Made by a program: the position numbers and the translations under genes
Shown here: positions 19,108 through 28,543 of the stretch, one piece after another
Position numbering within the stretch: position 1 is the stretch's first letter
Layout: each line of letters begins with the position of its first letter
The notes under the pieces: generated by a model
Told to the model about the DNA's origin: nothing
Seen by the model: only the letters and a program-made list of their open reading frames with translations
The model's database searches: none
Assembly (NCBI GenBank): GCA_031416315.1
Contig: JANOTL010000109.1
Span: forward strand, 64,001 to 128,000
Length of the DNA stretch: 64,000 bases
Source of the DNA: Pseudomonadota bacterium
GTDB taxonomy: Bacteria; Bdellovibrionota_B; Oligoflexia; Oligoflexales; CAIYRB01
Direction: 5' to 3'

Positions 19108-21825
19108 TCAGCGAGGAACCGAAGTCATTGTTTCGACCTCGTAAAGCGCGAACGCCTCGGCACGCCGGAGGAGGCGCAGCTGCGGCAGCATGAGTGGGCC
19201 GTAGCCGTCGGCGACCCCGTCCTCGAGGACGACGTGCGTGATGTGGTGCTCGGCAAGGCGCTCGAGCCAGGTGCTCGCAGTGAGCTCGTCGAGGCGCCAG
19301 GTCCAGACTGGATAGGTTTGCGTGCGGTGCCAGAATTCTCCGTTGGCGAGGAAGTACGGCGTGTTCGTGTCGGTGAGCGCTAGCATGCGGATGGGACGCG
19401 CGCTGGCGGCCCGGGCGAGGGAAGCGTTGAGGGAAAGGATGGGCTTTCTCGCGAGGAGCGCGGCGGTGAGGTTGTCCGCCGTGAGGAGCTGCGCGACGCG
19501 TCGCGACGAGACGTCGACATGGCTGCGTGCGAGTCCGAGCGCGAGGATGCCAGCGACGGCGAGGCGACGAGCCGTCCGGCTGCGCGCGGCGAAGGCGGCG
19601 ACGGCGGCGAGCGCTATGACCGCGACGGGGCCGAGCGCCGTCAGGAAATGGCGGTTCTCGACCTTGCCGCCGAACTCGCCCATGCCGACGAGGAGGAAAA
19701 AGAACGCCAAGAGTGCGTAGGCTGCGAGGAAGCGGAAGCGCGCGTCGGACCACAGGCGAGCGCGCACCGAACCGAAAGCCACCAGCGCGAGGACGAGGCC
19801 GGCGAGGTGCAAAGGCTCGACGACGAGCCTCCCGAAGGAGCGCGCGACGACGCCGAGGTCGAACGCGAACGGCTTGAACTCGGGCACGATGGTCTTCATC
19901 GACAGCGGCGCGTAAGGCGATTGAAAGATGCCGTTCATCAACGGGAAGAGCGGGTTGCCGGTGGCGCGGAGGTGCTCGGCGGCGAAGGGAAGCCAAACGA
20001 GGACCATCGCGACGGCGGCGAGAACGAAGAGGCGAAGCTGGGCGCGGCGGGCCACGAGCGCTGCGACGGCGATGGCGACGAAGGCAATCGCGGCGGTCGG
20101 CTTGATGACGAAGGCGCAGGCCGCGACAAGGACGAAGGTCGCGGCCTCGCCCGAGGCGAGCGCGGCGACGGCCATGAGGCTCGAGGCGGCGAGGTAGCCG
20201 TCGTTCTTCGGCAAGGTGAAGACGAAGAAGAAGCCCGGAGCGAGCAGGATCGGCGCGGCGGCGAGGCGGAGCGCGCCGAAGACGAACAGGCGCGCGAGCG
20301 CGTTCAACGCGATCAGGACGCCGCCGAAGCCGACGAGGACGTGCGTCAGCTGCGCTAGCGCATTCTGTTCGGCGTTGCCGGCGGCGAGGAGCTTGAGCAG
20401 CAGATAGTAGTGCTCGATCGCGAGCGCGTAGCCAGAATAAATGCTGTTGGCGACGAAGCCAGTGTGGCCGTCGCGGATCCAGGACTCGGCGAGCGACAGG
20501 TGGTAGAGATAGCCGTCGCCGTGCCCTTGAAAATCAAAGGCAGGGAGCGCGCGCAGCAGAAAGAGCGCGAGGACGAGCGCGACGAGCGACTGTAGGGCGG
20601 GGCGCGCGCCGCGGTAAGTGCGCAGCGCGTCGATGGCGTTATTCGCGAGCTGCGGCAGGGCAGCTGGGCGAAGCGCGTAGAGTCCGCAGCCGATCGCGGC
20701 GACGATGAGGGCTCCCGTGGCGCTCGGCGCCGCGAAGCGGCCGGCGACGAAGGTGGCGATCCCGCTCATGGTAACGCCGGCGAGAAGGACGGCGGCGGCC
20801 TCGAGGCGGCTCGGCGCGGTGCGCCCCATGCCGAGACTCGCTGTGGCGGCGCGGGCAAGGGCCGCGAGGCGTCCGCCGAGCCCGGCGAACACCGGAAGCA
20901 GCGCGGCGAACGTAAGCGTGACTTTCGCCAGGAAAAAAAGGCGCGCGCCGAGGCCGTGACCCGTTTCCTCCAACGGCAGGAAACGTACGGTCAAGAGCCA
21001 GAGGAACGCGAAGAACGCAAAAACGGGCTCGCCGAAACGCAAGCGGAGGAGGAAAAGCGTCTTCACCATGCGCAAGGGATCGCGCAGCATGTTCACCCGC
21101 GAGCCGGCGACGTCGCGCCAGCTCACGGCGACCTCGGCGATGCGCAAGCCGCGGCGGCGGGCGAGCTCGAGGATCTCGGTGTCGAAGCTGAAGTCGTCGA
21201 CGGTCGAGGCGGTGAAGACCGCTTCGGCGGCCGCGGCGGTGAAGAGCTTGAAGCCGCACTGCGTGTCAAGGATGTCGAGCTCGAAGAGGAAGCGGACGAG
21301 CGCCGAATAGATGCGGCCGGTGACGTGGCGGCTGCGATGGACGTGCCAGACGATCTCGCCTTCCCGTGCTGGCGGCGCATCGGGCGCGGCCTTGCCCTCG
21401 GCGTCGAGGTAAACGCGTCGTCCGGCGGCCGCCGCGCGCGAGGCGATGGCGACGTCGGCGCCGGCGTCGATCGCCAGCTGCAGGCGGGCGAGCTCCTCGA
21501 TCGGCGTCGCGCCGTCGGCGTCGGCGAAGACGCGCAGCTCGCCGCGCGCGACGCACATGCCGACGCGGACGGCTGCGCCTTTGCCGCGGTTGTCGGCGAA
21601 GCGGAAGAGCGAGGCTTCTCCGAGCTCGCGCACGACGACGCGGTCGGTGCCGTCGGTCGAGCCGTCGTCGACGACGATGATCTCGAAGTCCTCGTTGAGC
21701 TTGCCGTAGCGCTGCGTGAGCCAGGCCTTCGCCGTGGCGAGAAAGCGCGGCAGGCGCTCGGCCTCGTTGAAGGCCGGGATCACGAGCGAGATCTTCGGCA
21801 GGCGCTCAGTCACGGCCGGTCTCAA
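19108..21825 (-). CDS. Fusion: GT2 polyprenyl-phosphate glycosyltransferase (Alg5/DPG-synthase-like) + multi-TM GT-C-like domain
   Basis: N-term VIPAFNE, VDDGSTDGT, NRGKGAAVR.G, FADADGAT, DTQCGFKLF; C-term many TMs with DGYLYHL, PKNDG, IKPT, TGNPLFP. Start may be the GTG a few codons in. Confidence 0.82.
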   Translation of the reverse strand: MRPAVTERLPKISLVIPAFNEAERLPRFLATAKAWLTQRYGKLNEDFEIIVVDDGSTDGTDRVVVRELGEASLFRFADNRGKGAAVRVGMCVARGELRVFADADGATPIEELARLQLAIDAGADVAIASRAAAAGRRVYLDAEGKAAPDAPPAREGEIVWHVHRSRHVTGRIYSALVRFLFELDILDTQCGFKLFTAAAAEAVFTASTVDDFSFDTEILELARRRGLRIAEVAVSWRDVAGSRVNMLRDPLRMVKTLFLLRLRFGEPVFAFFAFLWLLTVRFLPLEETGHGLGARLFFLAKVTLTFAALLPVFAGLGGRLAALARAATASLGMGRTAPSRLEAAAVLLAGVTMSGIATFVAGRFAAPSATGALIVAAIGCGLYALRPAALPQLANNAIDALRTYRGARPALQSLVALVLALFLLRALPAFDFQGHGDGYLYHLSLAESWIRDGHTGFVANSIYSGYALAIEHYYLLLKLLAAGNAEQNALAQLTHVLVGFGGVLIALNALARLFVFGALRLAAAPILLAPGFFFVFTLPKNDGYLAASSLMAVAALASGEAATFVLVAACAFVIKPTAAIAFVAIAVAALVARRAQLRLFVLAAVAMVLVWLPFAAEHLRATGNPLFPLMNGIFQSPYAPLSMKTIVPEFKPFAFDLGVVARSFGRLVVEPLHLAGLVLALVAFGSVRARLWSDARFRFLAAYALLAFFFLLVGMGEFGGKVENRHFLTALGPVAVIALAAVAAFAARSRTARRLAVAGILALGLARSHVDVSSRRVAQLLTADNLTAALLARKPILSLNASLARAASARPIRMLALTDTNTPYFLANGEFWHRTQTYPVWTWRLDELTASTWLERLAEHHITHVVLEDGVADGYGPLMLPQLRLLRRAEAFALYEVETMTSVPR

Positions 21826-23653
21826 AGCGGGACCCTCCGGAGCGCGGCGCGAGGAGATCGCCGAGGACGAGGGAGGAAAGGACCTGCTCTTGCCGGCGCT
21901 CGATCGGGCGCAGAGTGCCGGAATATGCGTAAAGGCGATTCTGCCAGTTGATCAGGACCTCTTCGCGCGCCGCGAAGGCGTTGCGGCCCATGAATTGATT
22001 CGGCACGTCGTACCGGCCCAGGAGCGCGAGCACGGTGGGCGGCACATCGGCGACGCTGGCGAGATGACCTAAGCGCGTGCCGGCCAAAGCCTCGGGCATG
22101 CCGGAGGCGCGGATCCAGAAGGGAACGCGGGTGATGGTGCGGAACATCGCTCCGAACGCGGCCTCGCCCGCGAGCGCCTCGCCGCGGGGAATGCCGTGGT
22201 CCGCGACCAGGACGACGAGCGTGTGCGGCAGCTCGCGCTCGATCCTTTGGAGGAGCGCGGCGAGGCTCCAATCGACGTATTGCAGGATTTGATCGGCGCG
22301 CGACGCGCTCGAGTCGACGAGCCCCGCGGGCACGTCCGTCGGCAGGCGGTAGGGCCGGTGGTTGCTCAGGCTCAGGATCGTGCTGAAAAACGGCTGATTC
22401 GCCGTCTTGGTGCGCTCGACGGCATAGTCGAAGAGCGCGTGGTCGCTCACGCCCCAACCGGCGCGCGGCGTCTCCAGGGCGAACTGGCTCTCGCCGAAGA
22501 TGTGGCTCATGCCGTTCGCGGCGTGAAAAGTCGCCTGGTTGTCGAAGGCGTTGTCGGAGCCGTAAAAGAAGAGGGTCTCGTACGTTTGCGCGCGGAAGAT
22601 CTCGCCCAGGCAGGCGAGGTTATTGCGCGGCGTCGTGTACATGAGGTCCATGCTGCTCGGATTGAAGACGGAGCAGAGGCTTGCGAGCTGGCCGTGCGAA
22701 GTGTGCATGCCGGCGCTGTAGGCTTCGGTGAAGCGGATGCCGGTCGCGAGCACGCCGGGCAGGGCGCGGAAGAGCGGCGGGCCGTCGTCGAGCTCTTTGG
22801 CGCGCAGGGACTCGGCGAGGATCAGGACGACGTTCCAGGGGCCTTTCGCCTCGGCCTCCGCACGCAGGAACTCCTGCAGCGTCGCGAACGCGTCGGCGCC
22901 GGGGCCGGGAGGCAGGGCCCGCTCGATCCCGGTTTGCCACAGCGGGAAAGCGTTCGCGGGGCCTTCGTCCCAGGCGCGCGGGCCGAAGGCCAGGCCGCGC
23001 AAATCCCGCAGATCCTGGCTCGAGGGCTTGAAGGCCGCCTCGAAGCGGCGCATCTCTGCCCAGGTGAAGCCGAGGCCGGCGAGCGGATTGAAGCGAAGCT
23101 CGCGGTTCATGTAGGGCTTGCCTTTGAGGCCGTTGGCGACGGCGTGCCCGGAGACGGCAAGGGCGAGCGCAAAGGCCAGCGCGCGCGCGCCGCCAAAGGC
23201 GACCGGCGTCTTGACGTAGACGGCGAAGGCCGCCGCAATCGCGGCGGCGCCGAGAATGAGAAGGCTGCCGTTCGATTGCGCGACGTTGAAGGCGCCGGTG
23301 GCGAACAGGTCGACGCTCGTCATCTTGCCCAGATGGAACGGGCGCAAAGTGAAGCCGAAGTGCTCCATGTACCGATAATGGGCGGCGAAGCCTGCAGCGC
23401 ATGCGAGCGCGGCAAACGGGGCGACGAAATGGAGGACCCGCTTGGCGCGGGTGCGGGCGAGAAGGCCGCCGACGATGGCGAACATGCCTAACAGCGAGAC
23501 GTCCGAGGCGACGCCGCTCGCGACGTTTTCGAGCGCATGCGAGTCGAGAGCGAAGAACGGCAGGCGCAGGACGAGGATGCGGTGCGCGGCGACGGCGGCC
23601 GCGAGCACCAGCATGGCGAAGCGGGACGCGGAGAATGCTGCGACTTGGCCCAT
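21806..23653 (-). CDS. LTA synthase family / alkaline-phosphatase-superfamily membrane protein
   Basis: About 5 N-terminal TMs; NVVLILAESL; catalytic-Thr region GMHTSHG; WGVSD; SLSNHRPY; VADHG; DVPPTVL. Confidence 0.85.
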   Translation of the reverse strand: MGQVAAFSASRFAMLVLAAAVAAHRILVLRLPFFALDSHALENVASGVASDVSLLGMFAIVGGLLARTRAKRVLHFVAPFAALACAAGFAAHYRYMEHFGFTLRPFHLGKMTSVDLFATGAFNVAQSNGSLLILGAAAIAAAFAVYVKTPVAFGGARALAFALALAVSGHAVANGLKGKPYMNRELRFNPLAGLGFTWAEMRRFEAAFKPSSQDLRDLRGLAFGPRAWDEGPANAFPLWQTGIERALPPGPGADAFATLQEFLRAEAEAKGPWNVVLILAESLRAKELDDGPPLFRALPGVLATGIRFTEAYSAGMHTSHGQLASLCSVFNPSSMDLMYTTPRNNLACLGEIFRAQTYETLFFYGSDNAFDNQATFHAANGMSHIFGESQFALETPRAGWGVSDHALFDYAVERTKTANQPFFSTILSLSNHRPYRLPTDVPAGLVDSSASRADQILQYVDWSLAALLQRIERELPHTLVVLVADHGIPRGEALAGEAAFGAMFRTITRVPFWIRASGMPEALAGTRLGHLASVADVPPTVLALLGRYDVPNQFMGRNAFAAREEVLINWQNRLYAYSGTLRPIERRQEQVLSSLVLGDLLAPRSGGSRFETGRD

Positions 23654-23810
23654 GGGTCGGGGGATCATGCCACCCCACACTGCGGGGGCCAAGTTGGAAC
23701 TGGCCCGCATAGGTGTCGATCGCGATCCCAGTAAACCAATGAATATACTGGCTTATGCGCGGTCGAAAACGCGAGATCAAGCACTTCCAGCGTCTGCCGA
23801 TTGGGGAGGT

Positions 23811-25649
23811 ATGAGTCGTGACTTCAAGACCTTGCGGATCTTTGTCCTCGGCCTGATGGTCGGCGGCCTCGGCGCGTGCTCCAGCAGCGGCGCCTTCTCA
23901 GGGGAGAGCGCCGCGGCGAAGAAATCGACGAAGGTCGTAACGACCGAGTCCGACTCGACGGACGAGGAGACGAGCGAGGCCGCGAAGAAGAGCGTCGCGA
24001 CCGCGCCGGCCCCAGTCGCGACCGACGACTTCAAGCAAGCGGACGCATCCGTGCCGATCTCCGGCGTCAACCTGACGATCGCGTGCGAATGGCGGGCGGT
24101 GGTCGCCGAATCCGTGCGCGCGGCCTGCGGCTTGGTCGGCGAGGTACCGGCGGGGACCACGTTCGCATGGAGCATTCCGGACGCCGTGATCGAGAGCGGC
24201 GCGCTCGATGCGCGTGTCGAGTTCACTATCGCGCGCGCGAAGGTCCTCACCTTGCAATTGCGCGTCGACGTCGGGGTCGACGTGCCGGTCCGGGCCGCGA
24301 TCAAGACGGCCCTGCCGAAGCTCGCAGTTGGCAAGCTCGGCCGCTGCCTCGGCTCAAAGGAAGAACTAGGCGGATGCTTCTCGTCGAGCGGCTTTACGCT
24401 TGGCGCGGAGGGCCAGCTGTCGCTGCCGGTCGAGGCGCCGCCGCAAGAGCACACGCTGCTGTCGATCGCGGTGACTCCCGTCGACGCGGTGATCCCGAAC
24501 GGCGGCAAGCGGCGCATGCAGGCGATCGCGACGTATGCGGACGGCGAGTCCGAGGATCTCACTGAGAGCGCGACCTGGAGCTCGACGGCGCCCGCGGTCG
24601 CGACCGTGAACGGCGCCGACGTCACGGCGATCGCGATCGGGACGGCGACGATCGAGGCGACTCAGGACGGCGTGACGGGCTCGGCGAGCATCGCGGTGTC
24701 CGCGGGCACCTTGACCGGCATCGAGCTGTTGCCGCCGACGGCCGAGGTCGGCAAAGGTGGGCTAGCGCGCTTCCGCTTGATCGGGAAGTACTCGAACGGC
24801 GCGGAGCAGGATCTCACCGACCAAGCGACGTGGACGTCGCTGAACACGGCGACTGCGACGGCTGTCCCCGACGTGAACGGCGACTTCGCGGCGGTCGAGG
24901 TTGGCGCGAGCGACCTCAAGGCCGAGTTCGGCGGCTTTGTGGCGAACGGCAACCTGACGGTGACGGCCGAGGCGCCCGGCCTCGTGTTCCATTTCGACGC
25001 GTCGAGCCGCGCGTCGTTCAACGACGGCGGCATCGACAATGGCAATCTGGTCACGGCATATGTCGAACAGTCGGTTACGGCGCGAAGCGCGAAGGTCGTG
25101 CAAGGCGCGAACGTCGTCTTCGTCGAAGACGGGGTGAACGGGCGGCCGGCGATGCAGCTGAACGCGGGGGGCGGACTGCAGTTCGCGCACGACGCGGGCC
25201 TCGGCTTCGACGAGTTCACCTTCGTTTTAGTCGGGAAGCATTCGGCCAAGCAGTGCTGGCAGGTGATGTTCCTGAAGGACGATCCGGGAAGCTGGACTTC
25301 CGGGTTTGGCTTCACCGACCGCGTTTGCAGCGGTGTCGAGGGCTGGCAGTTCTGGATCAACAACTACTCGCGCCCGGCGAACTACATCGACTTCGGCGAG
25401 ATCGGCCCGCGGGCGTTCGTCATGATCGGGACGTACCGAAACGGCGAGATCACGCTTCTGGACGACAAGGCCGGGACGGCGATGAAGATGGCGGTGCCGG
25501 CGTTCGCGCCGAATACGAAGCCGCTTTACATCGGTGGATATGCGGCGAAGGACCTGCTGGTCTCGGAGCTCAAGATTTACGAGCGCGAGTTGACCGAGGC
25601 GGAGCGGGGTGGGGTGATGGAGAGGGCTAAGGGGAAATGGGGATTCTGA
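23811..25649 (+). CDS. Surface lipoprotein with two Big_2 Ig-like domains and a C-terminal LamG/ConA-like domain
   Basis: GGGGAGGT RBS; lipobox LGAC; repeats SIAVTP...ATYADG..EDLT..ATWSS and GIELLP...YSNG..QDLT..ATWTS; LVFHFDAS...ELKIYERELT. Confidence 0.85.
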   Translation: MSRDFKTLRIFVLGLMVGGLGACSSSGAFSGESAAAKKSTKVVTTESDSTDEETSEAAKKSVATAPAPVATDDFKQADASVPISGVNLTIACEWRAVVAESVRAACGLVGEVPAGTTFAWSIPDAVIESGALDARVEFTIARAKVLTLQLRVDVGVDVPVRAAIKTALPKLAVGKLGRCLGSKEELGGCFSSSGFTLGAEGQLSLPVEAPPQEHTLLSIAVTPVDAVIPNGGKRRMQAIATYADGESEDLTESATWSSTAPAVATVNGADVTAIAIGTATIEATQDGVTGSASIAVSAGTLTGIELLPPTAEVGKGGLARFRLIGKYSNGAEQDLTDQATWTSLNTATATAVPDVNGDFAAVEVGASDLKAEFGGFVANGNLTVTAEAPGLVFHFDASSRASFNDGGIDNGNLVTAYVEQSVTARSAKVVQGANVVFVEDGVNGRPAMQLNAGGGLQFAHDAGLGFDEFTFVLVGKHSAKQCWQVMFLKDDPGSWTSGFGFTDRVCSGVEGWQFWINNYSRPANYIDFGEIGPRAFVMIGTYRNGEITLLDDKAGTAMKMAVPAFAPNTKPLYIGGYAAKDLLVSELKIYERELTEAERGGVMERAKGKWGF

Positions 25650-25657
25650 GCGGTCGT

Positions 25658-26617
25658 TCAGTTCCCCGCCATCGAGTCCCCCGACCCACCGTCCTCGCCA
25701 CGCTCCTTGATTTTCAGCGCCGCCTCGAACGCCCGGTAGATGAACGTCTCGTACCGCGCAAAGTTGTCGACGCTCTTGACCGTCGGCTCGGCGGCGATGT
25801 CGTTGAAATCCCTTCGGTACGGGCGAACATAGCGCTCGAACGACTCTAGCTCCAGGCAATACGCCAGGGAGCCCTGGCTCCAGAAAGCCCAGTCCTCAAA
25901 AGCACCGCCGTCGCCGAGCGCGCCGGCCGTCTTCAGGTGGTAGCCGCGCAGGAGCTTCATCTCTTCTTTAAGGGCGCCGTACCACAGCGCGTGCTCGGCG
26001 GCGCGCTCCGCGTCGACCTTGATCCCGCGTGCCTGAAGCTCCTTCGGCTCGGTCGGGGCGACGACCCAGTTCACGTAGCCGTGGACGTCGACCGCCGCCG
26101 CATACTTGCGCTTGGCGAAGAGGGCGCGGATAGCGCGCGTCTCCGGCTCGCTGAAGCTCGCGGTGCCCGGGTTCTCGCGGGTGACGCCCCAGAGGACGTC
26201 GAAGTTCCGGTTCAAGTTGACGCCGCGGGAGTTGGAGCGCGAGCGCGCGTTGGAGCCGTCGGGGTTGGCGAAAGGCAAGAAGTCGACCGCGACCTTGTCG
26301 CGCGGCAGCTTGTTCAGCAGGCTGTCGCCGTGCGCGTAGCGCCGCGCGAGCCAGGCGACGAAGGCCGAGGCCGTCTCTTCGTTGCCGTGGATGCCGCCTT
26401 GCACGAGGAAGCGGAACTTCGGGTCGATCTTGCGGCCGGCGTCGTCTTTCGCCTCGAACGACACGACGCGGATCTCCTCGCCGCCGTTCGTCTTCAGCTC
26501 GGGGACGCCGACGAGGTCGGCTAGGCGCCGCATCTGCGGGAGGTCGACGGCGGGCGCGCTGGCGACCGCAGCCGAAGCCGACAAGAGCGCTAGAGTCAGT
26601 TTCAACAGGTGCCGCAT
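25658..26617 (-). CDS. M14 family zinc carboxypeptidase
   Basis: Signal peptide; GIHGNE; PFANPDG; RSNSRGVNLNRNF; SEPETRA; VDVHG; LELE. Confidence 0.9.
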   Translation of the reverse strand: MRHLLKLTLALLSASAAVASAPAVDLPQMRRLADLVGVPELKTNGGEEIRVVSFEAKDDAGRKIDPKFRFLVQGGIHGNEETASAFVAWLARRYAHGDSLLNKLPRDKVAVDFLPFANPDGSNARSRSNSRGVNLNRNFDVLWGVTRENPGTASFSEPETRAIRALFAKRKYAAAVDVHGYVNWVVAPTEPKELQARGIKVDAERAAEHALWYGALKEEMKLLRGYHLKTAGALGDGGAFEDWAFWSQGSLAYCLELESFERYVRPYRRDFNDIAAEPTVKSVDNFARYETFIYRAFEAALKIKERGEDGGSGDSMAGN

Positions 26618-26746
26618 CAACAAAGAACCTCCGCTTCGACAGGGAGGGAATTGCAAGGACGGCGCCAGTCTTAACCAGCGATTTACATTGGGGGATCGCG
26701 AAGGGCTTTTGTCAAAGGCCTAGGCAATGTCCCGTATTTTGGGCCC

Positions 26747-26768
26747 AGAAAAGGGAAACCGGCTTCCC
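26747..26768 (-). terminator. Putative terminator of small minus-strand transcript
   Basis: Minus strand GGGAAG-CCGG-TTTCCC followed by TTTTCT. Confidence 0.5.
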
Positions 26769-26825
26769 CGAACAGTTTTTTTGAAAGGAGGGGTCGCCGG
26801 TCCGCTTGAAGGCGCATCGCTTCAG

Positions 26826-26876
26826 TTAAGAAGCGACCACCTCCATGCTACTGGGGCAATTAGAAGTCATACCCAA
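26826..26876 (-). other. Candidate small ORF (14-16 aa, [MG]MTSNCPSSMEVVAS) inside a structured ~185-nt transcript
   Basis: Very strong SD GAAAGGAGGTG at 26883-26893; in-frame TTG and ATG; second GGAGGTGG inside the ORF; extended -10 TGATATGCT at 26941-26949; terminator downstream. Confidence 0.5.
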
Positions 26877-27002
26877 GAGCACCACCTCCTTTCCTGAGCC
26901 TCTAGCTCATAGCCCATCTTTCGCGACTGGGCTTGGCCTCAGCATATCAGAATGCAACGTCGCCTGCGCAACGTTTTGCGGCTTCGACCAAAACTGGGCG
27001 GG

Positions 27003-27032
27003 TTGCCGCGCCATGCCGACAGCCGCTACTCT
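27003..27032 (+). promoter_or_regulatory. Putative sigma-70 promoter of ACP/KS operon
   Basis: TTGCCG-N18-TACTCT, upstream of a GGAGG RBS and GTG 27084. Confidence 0.4.
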
Positions 27033-27083
27033 AAAAGTATCCCCATCCCGTCTCATTCCCATGATCGTCGCCGGAGGAAGTCC

Positions 27084-27530
27084 GTGAGCCAAAACGCCGC
27101 GCAGGACGTCGAGCTGCGTTGCCGCAAAGTGATTGCGGAATCGCTTTGCGTCGAGCTCGAGGACGTCAGCCTCCAAAGCAACCTGATCAAGGATCTGGGC
27201 GCGGAATCCATCGATTTCTTGGACATCATGTTTCGGCTGGAAAAAGAGTTCGAGATCAAGATCCCGCAGCGGGAGATCGAACGCCAAGCTCGCGGCAACA
27301 TGCAACCCGAGGAGTTTGAAGAAGGTGGAATCCTCAAGCCCAAAGGCGTCGAAAGACTCCGGGAGCTCATCCCGGAAATTGATCCTGCTGCCTGGCGCGA
27401 CGGAATGGCGCTACGCGAGCTCCCGTCGCTTTTTACCGTGGCGGTATTTTGCGGCATCGTTCAGAGGAAGCTTGCTGGTTCCCTGTTTTCAGGTTCAGCC
27501 GAGACACCTACGGGTGAAAAGGCTTCCTAA
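27084..27530 (+). CDS. Extended acyl carrier protein
   Basis: DLGAESIDFLDIMFRLEKEFEIKIP (phosphopantetheine Ser); long insertion before the final FTV helix; 148 aa; GGAGG RBS. Confidence 0.92.
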   Translation: MSQNAAQDVELRCRKVIAESLCVELEDVSLQSNLIKDLGAESIDFLDIMFRLEKEFEIKIPQREIERQARGNMQPEEFEEGGILKPKGVERLRELIPEIDPAAWRDGMALRELPSLFTVAVFCGIVQRKLAGSLFSGSAETPTGEKAS

Positions 27531-27541
27531 AAGGCTCGCGC

Positions 27542-28492
27542 ATGGCGTTCCACTTCGTCGACCGGATCTATGACTACGAGCCCATGCGGAGGATCCGCGG
27601 GCTCAAGAACGTCACGCGCAACGAGAGCCTCTTCTACTGGCTCCCGGACGGCCGCCGCGTCCTGAGCCCCGCCGTGATCACCGAGGCGCTGTGCCAGCTC
27701 GGCGGCTGGCTGAAGATCGTGAGCACCGATTTCACCCGCCGCCCCGTGCTGCTGGCGGACGAGAAAACTGACTACCTCGGCATGGTCGAGGCCGGCTCGC
27801 AGATCGACCTCGAGGTCGAGGTGATGGACTTCGGCGACGACGTCGTCGTCACCAAGGGCACAGCGAGCGTGATGGGAAAACCCGTCTTGGTCGGGCACTG
27901 CTGCCGCGGCTACATGCTGCCGCTCGCCGACTTCGACGACCCGGAGCGCGTGCGCATCCAGTTCAACAACCTCTACCGCCCGCAGTTCAAAGATGTGGGT
28001 CGCGTGCAGCAGCCGGGCAACATGAAAGCCTTGGCCGGGGCGCAGACCTTCGACGCCCTGCGCTTCATCGACGGGCTCATCGAGCACGTTCCGGGCAAGA
28101 AAGTCCTGGGGTTCAAGAACTTCGCCGCCTGCGAGCCGTATTTCCAGACGCACTTTCCGCGCAAGCCGTGCGTACCGGGCGTGATGCTCCTCACGTTCAT
28201 GGGCGAGGTTTGCCAATACCTCGTCAAAGAGAGCAAGGACGCGCCGCTGCGCGACAAAGCTCTGGTGCCGACCTTTATCCAGAACGTCCGCTTCCGCAAG
28301 TTCGTGGAGCCGGGCGATCAGTGCGTGCTCGAGGCGAAAGTCATCTCTGGCGACTGCACGCAGGATGGTCAAGACGTCCTTGTGCGGGCCGTCATCACCG
28401 CGAACGATACCCGCGTCATGCAGGCCGAGATGGGCTTCCGTACCATGTTCGCCTCGGCTCAGCGCCGTCCTTCGGTCCCGAAGGCCAGCTAA
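27542..28492 (+). CDS. Double-hotdog FabZ-like 3-hydroxyacyl-ACP dehydratase
   Basis: Two FabZ-like halves: FHFVDRI..GLKNVTRNE..PAVITEALCQ and LRFIDGL..GFKNFAACEPYFQTHFP.KPCVPGV..VRFRKFVEPGD. Confidence 0.88.
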   Translation: MAFHFVDRIYDYEPMRRIRGLKNVTRNESLFYWLPDGRRVLSPAVITEALCQLGGWLKIVSTDFTRRPVLLADEKTDYLGMVEAGSQIDLEVEVMDFGDDVVVTKGTASVMGKPVLVGHCCRGYMLPLADFDDPERVRIQFNNLYRPQFKDVGRVQQPGNMKALAGAQTFDALRFIDGLIEHVPGKKVLGFKNFAACEPYFQTHFPRKPCVPGVMLLTFMGEVCQYLVKESKDAPLRDKALVPTFIQNVRFRKFVEPGDQCVLEAKVISGDCTQDGQDVLVRAVITANDTRVMQAEMGFRTMFASAQRRPSVPKAS

Positions 28493-28543
28493 TTTTCCGC
28501 CCTCCACTCTCGACTCACCACTCACCACTCGGTCCCCCACCGC

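Noticed and set aside
23442..23810. N-terminal extension of the 735-aa ORF
   Set aside because: Overlaps the divergent gene; a strong RBS and lipoprotein signal begin at ATG 23811.
26883..26893. CACCTCCTTTC as a 16S rRNA 3' end fragment
   Set aside because: No flanking rRNA helix 45 sequence; better explained as a minus-strand SD.
26747..26934. 6S RNA or type I toxin mRNA
   Set aside because: The length is similar to 6S, but the ends form local hairpins rather than one long rod; the peptide is too short and polar for a membrane toxin.
28502..28532. Short CACTC/CCACTCA tandem repeat before KS
   Set aside because: Only 3-4 degenerate short units with no spacers or copies noticed elsewhere; not CRISPR or a clear REP.
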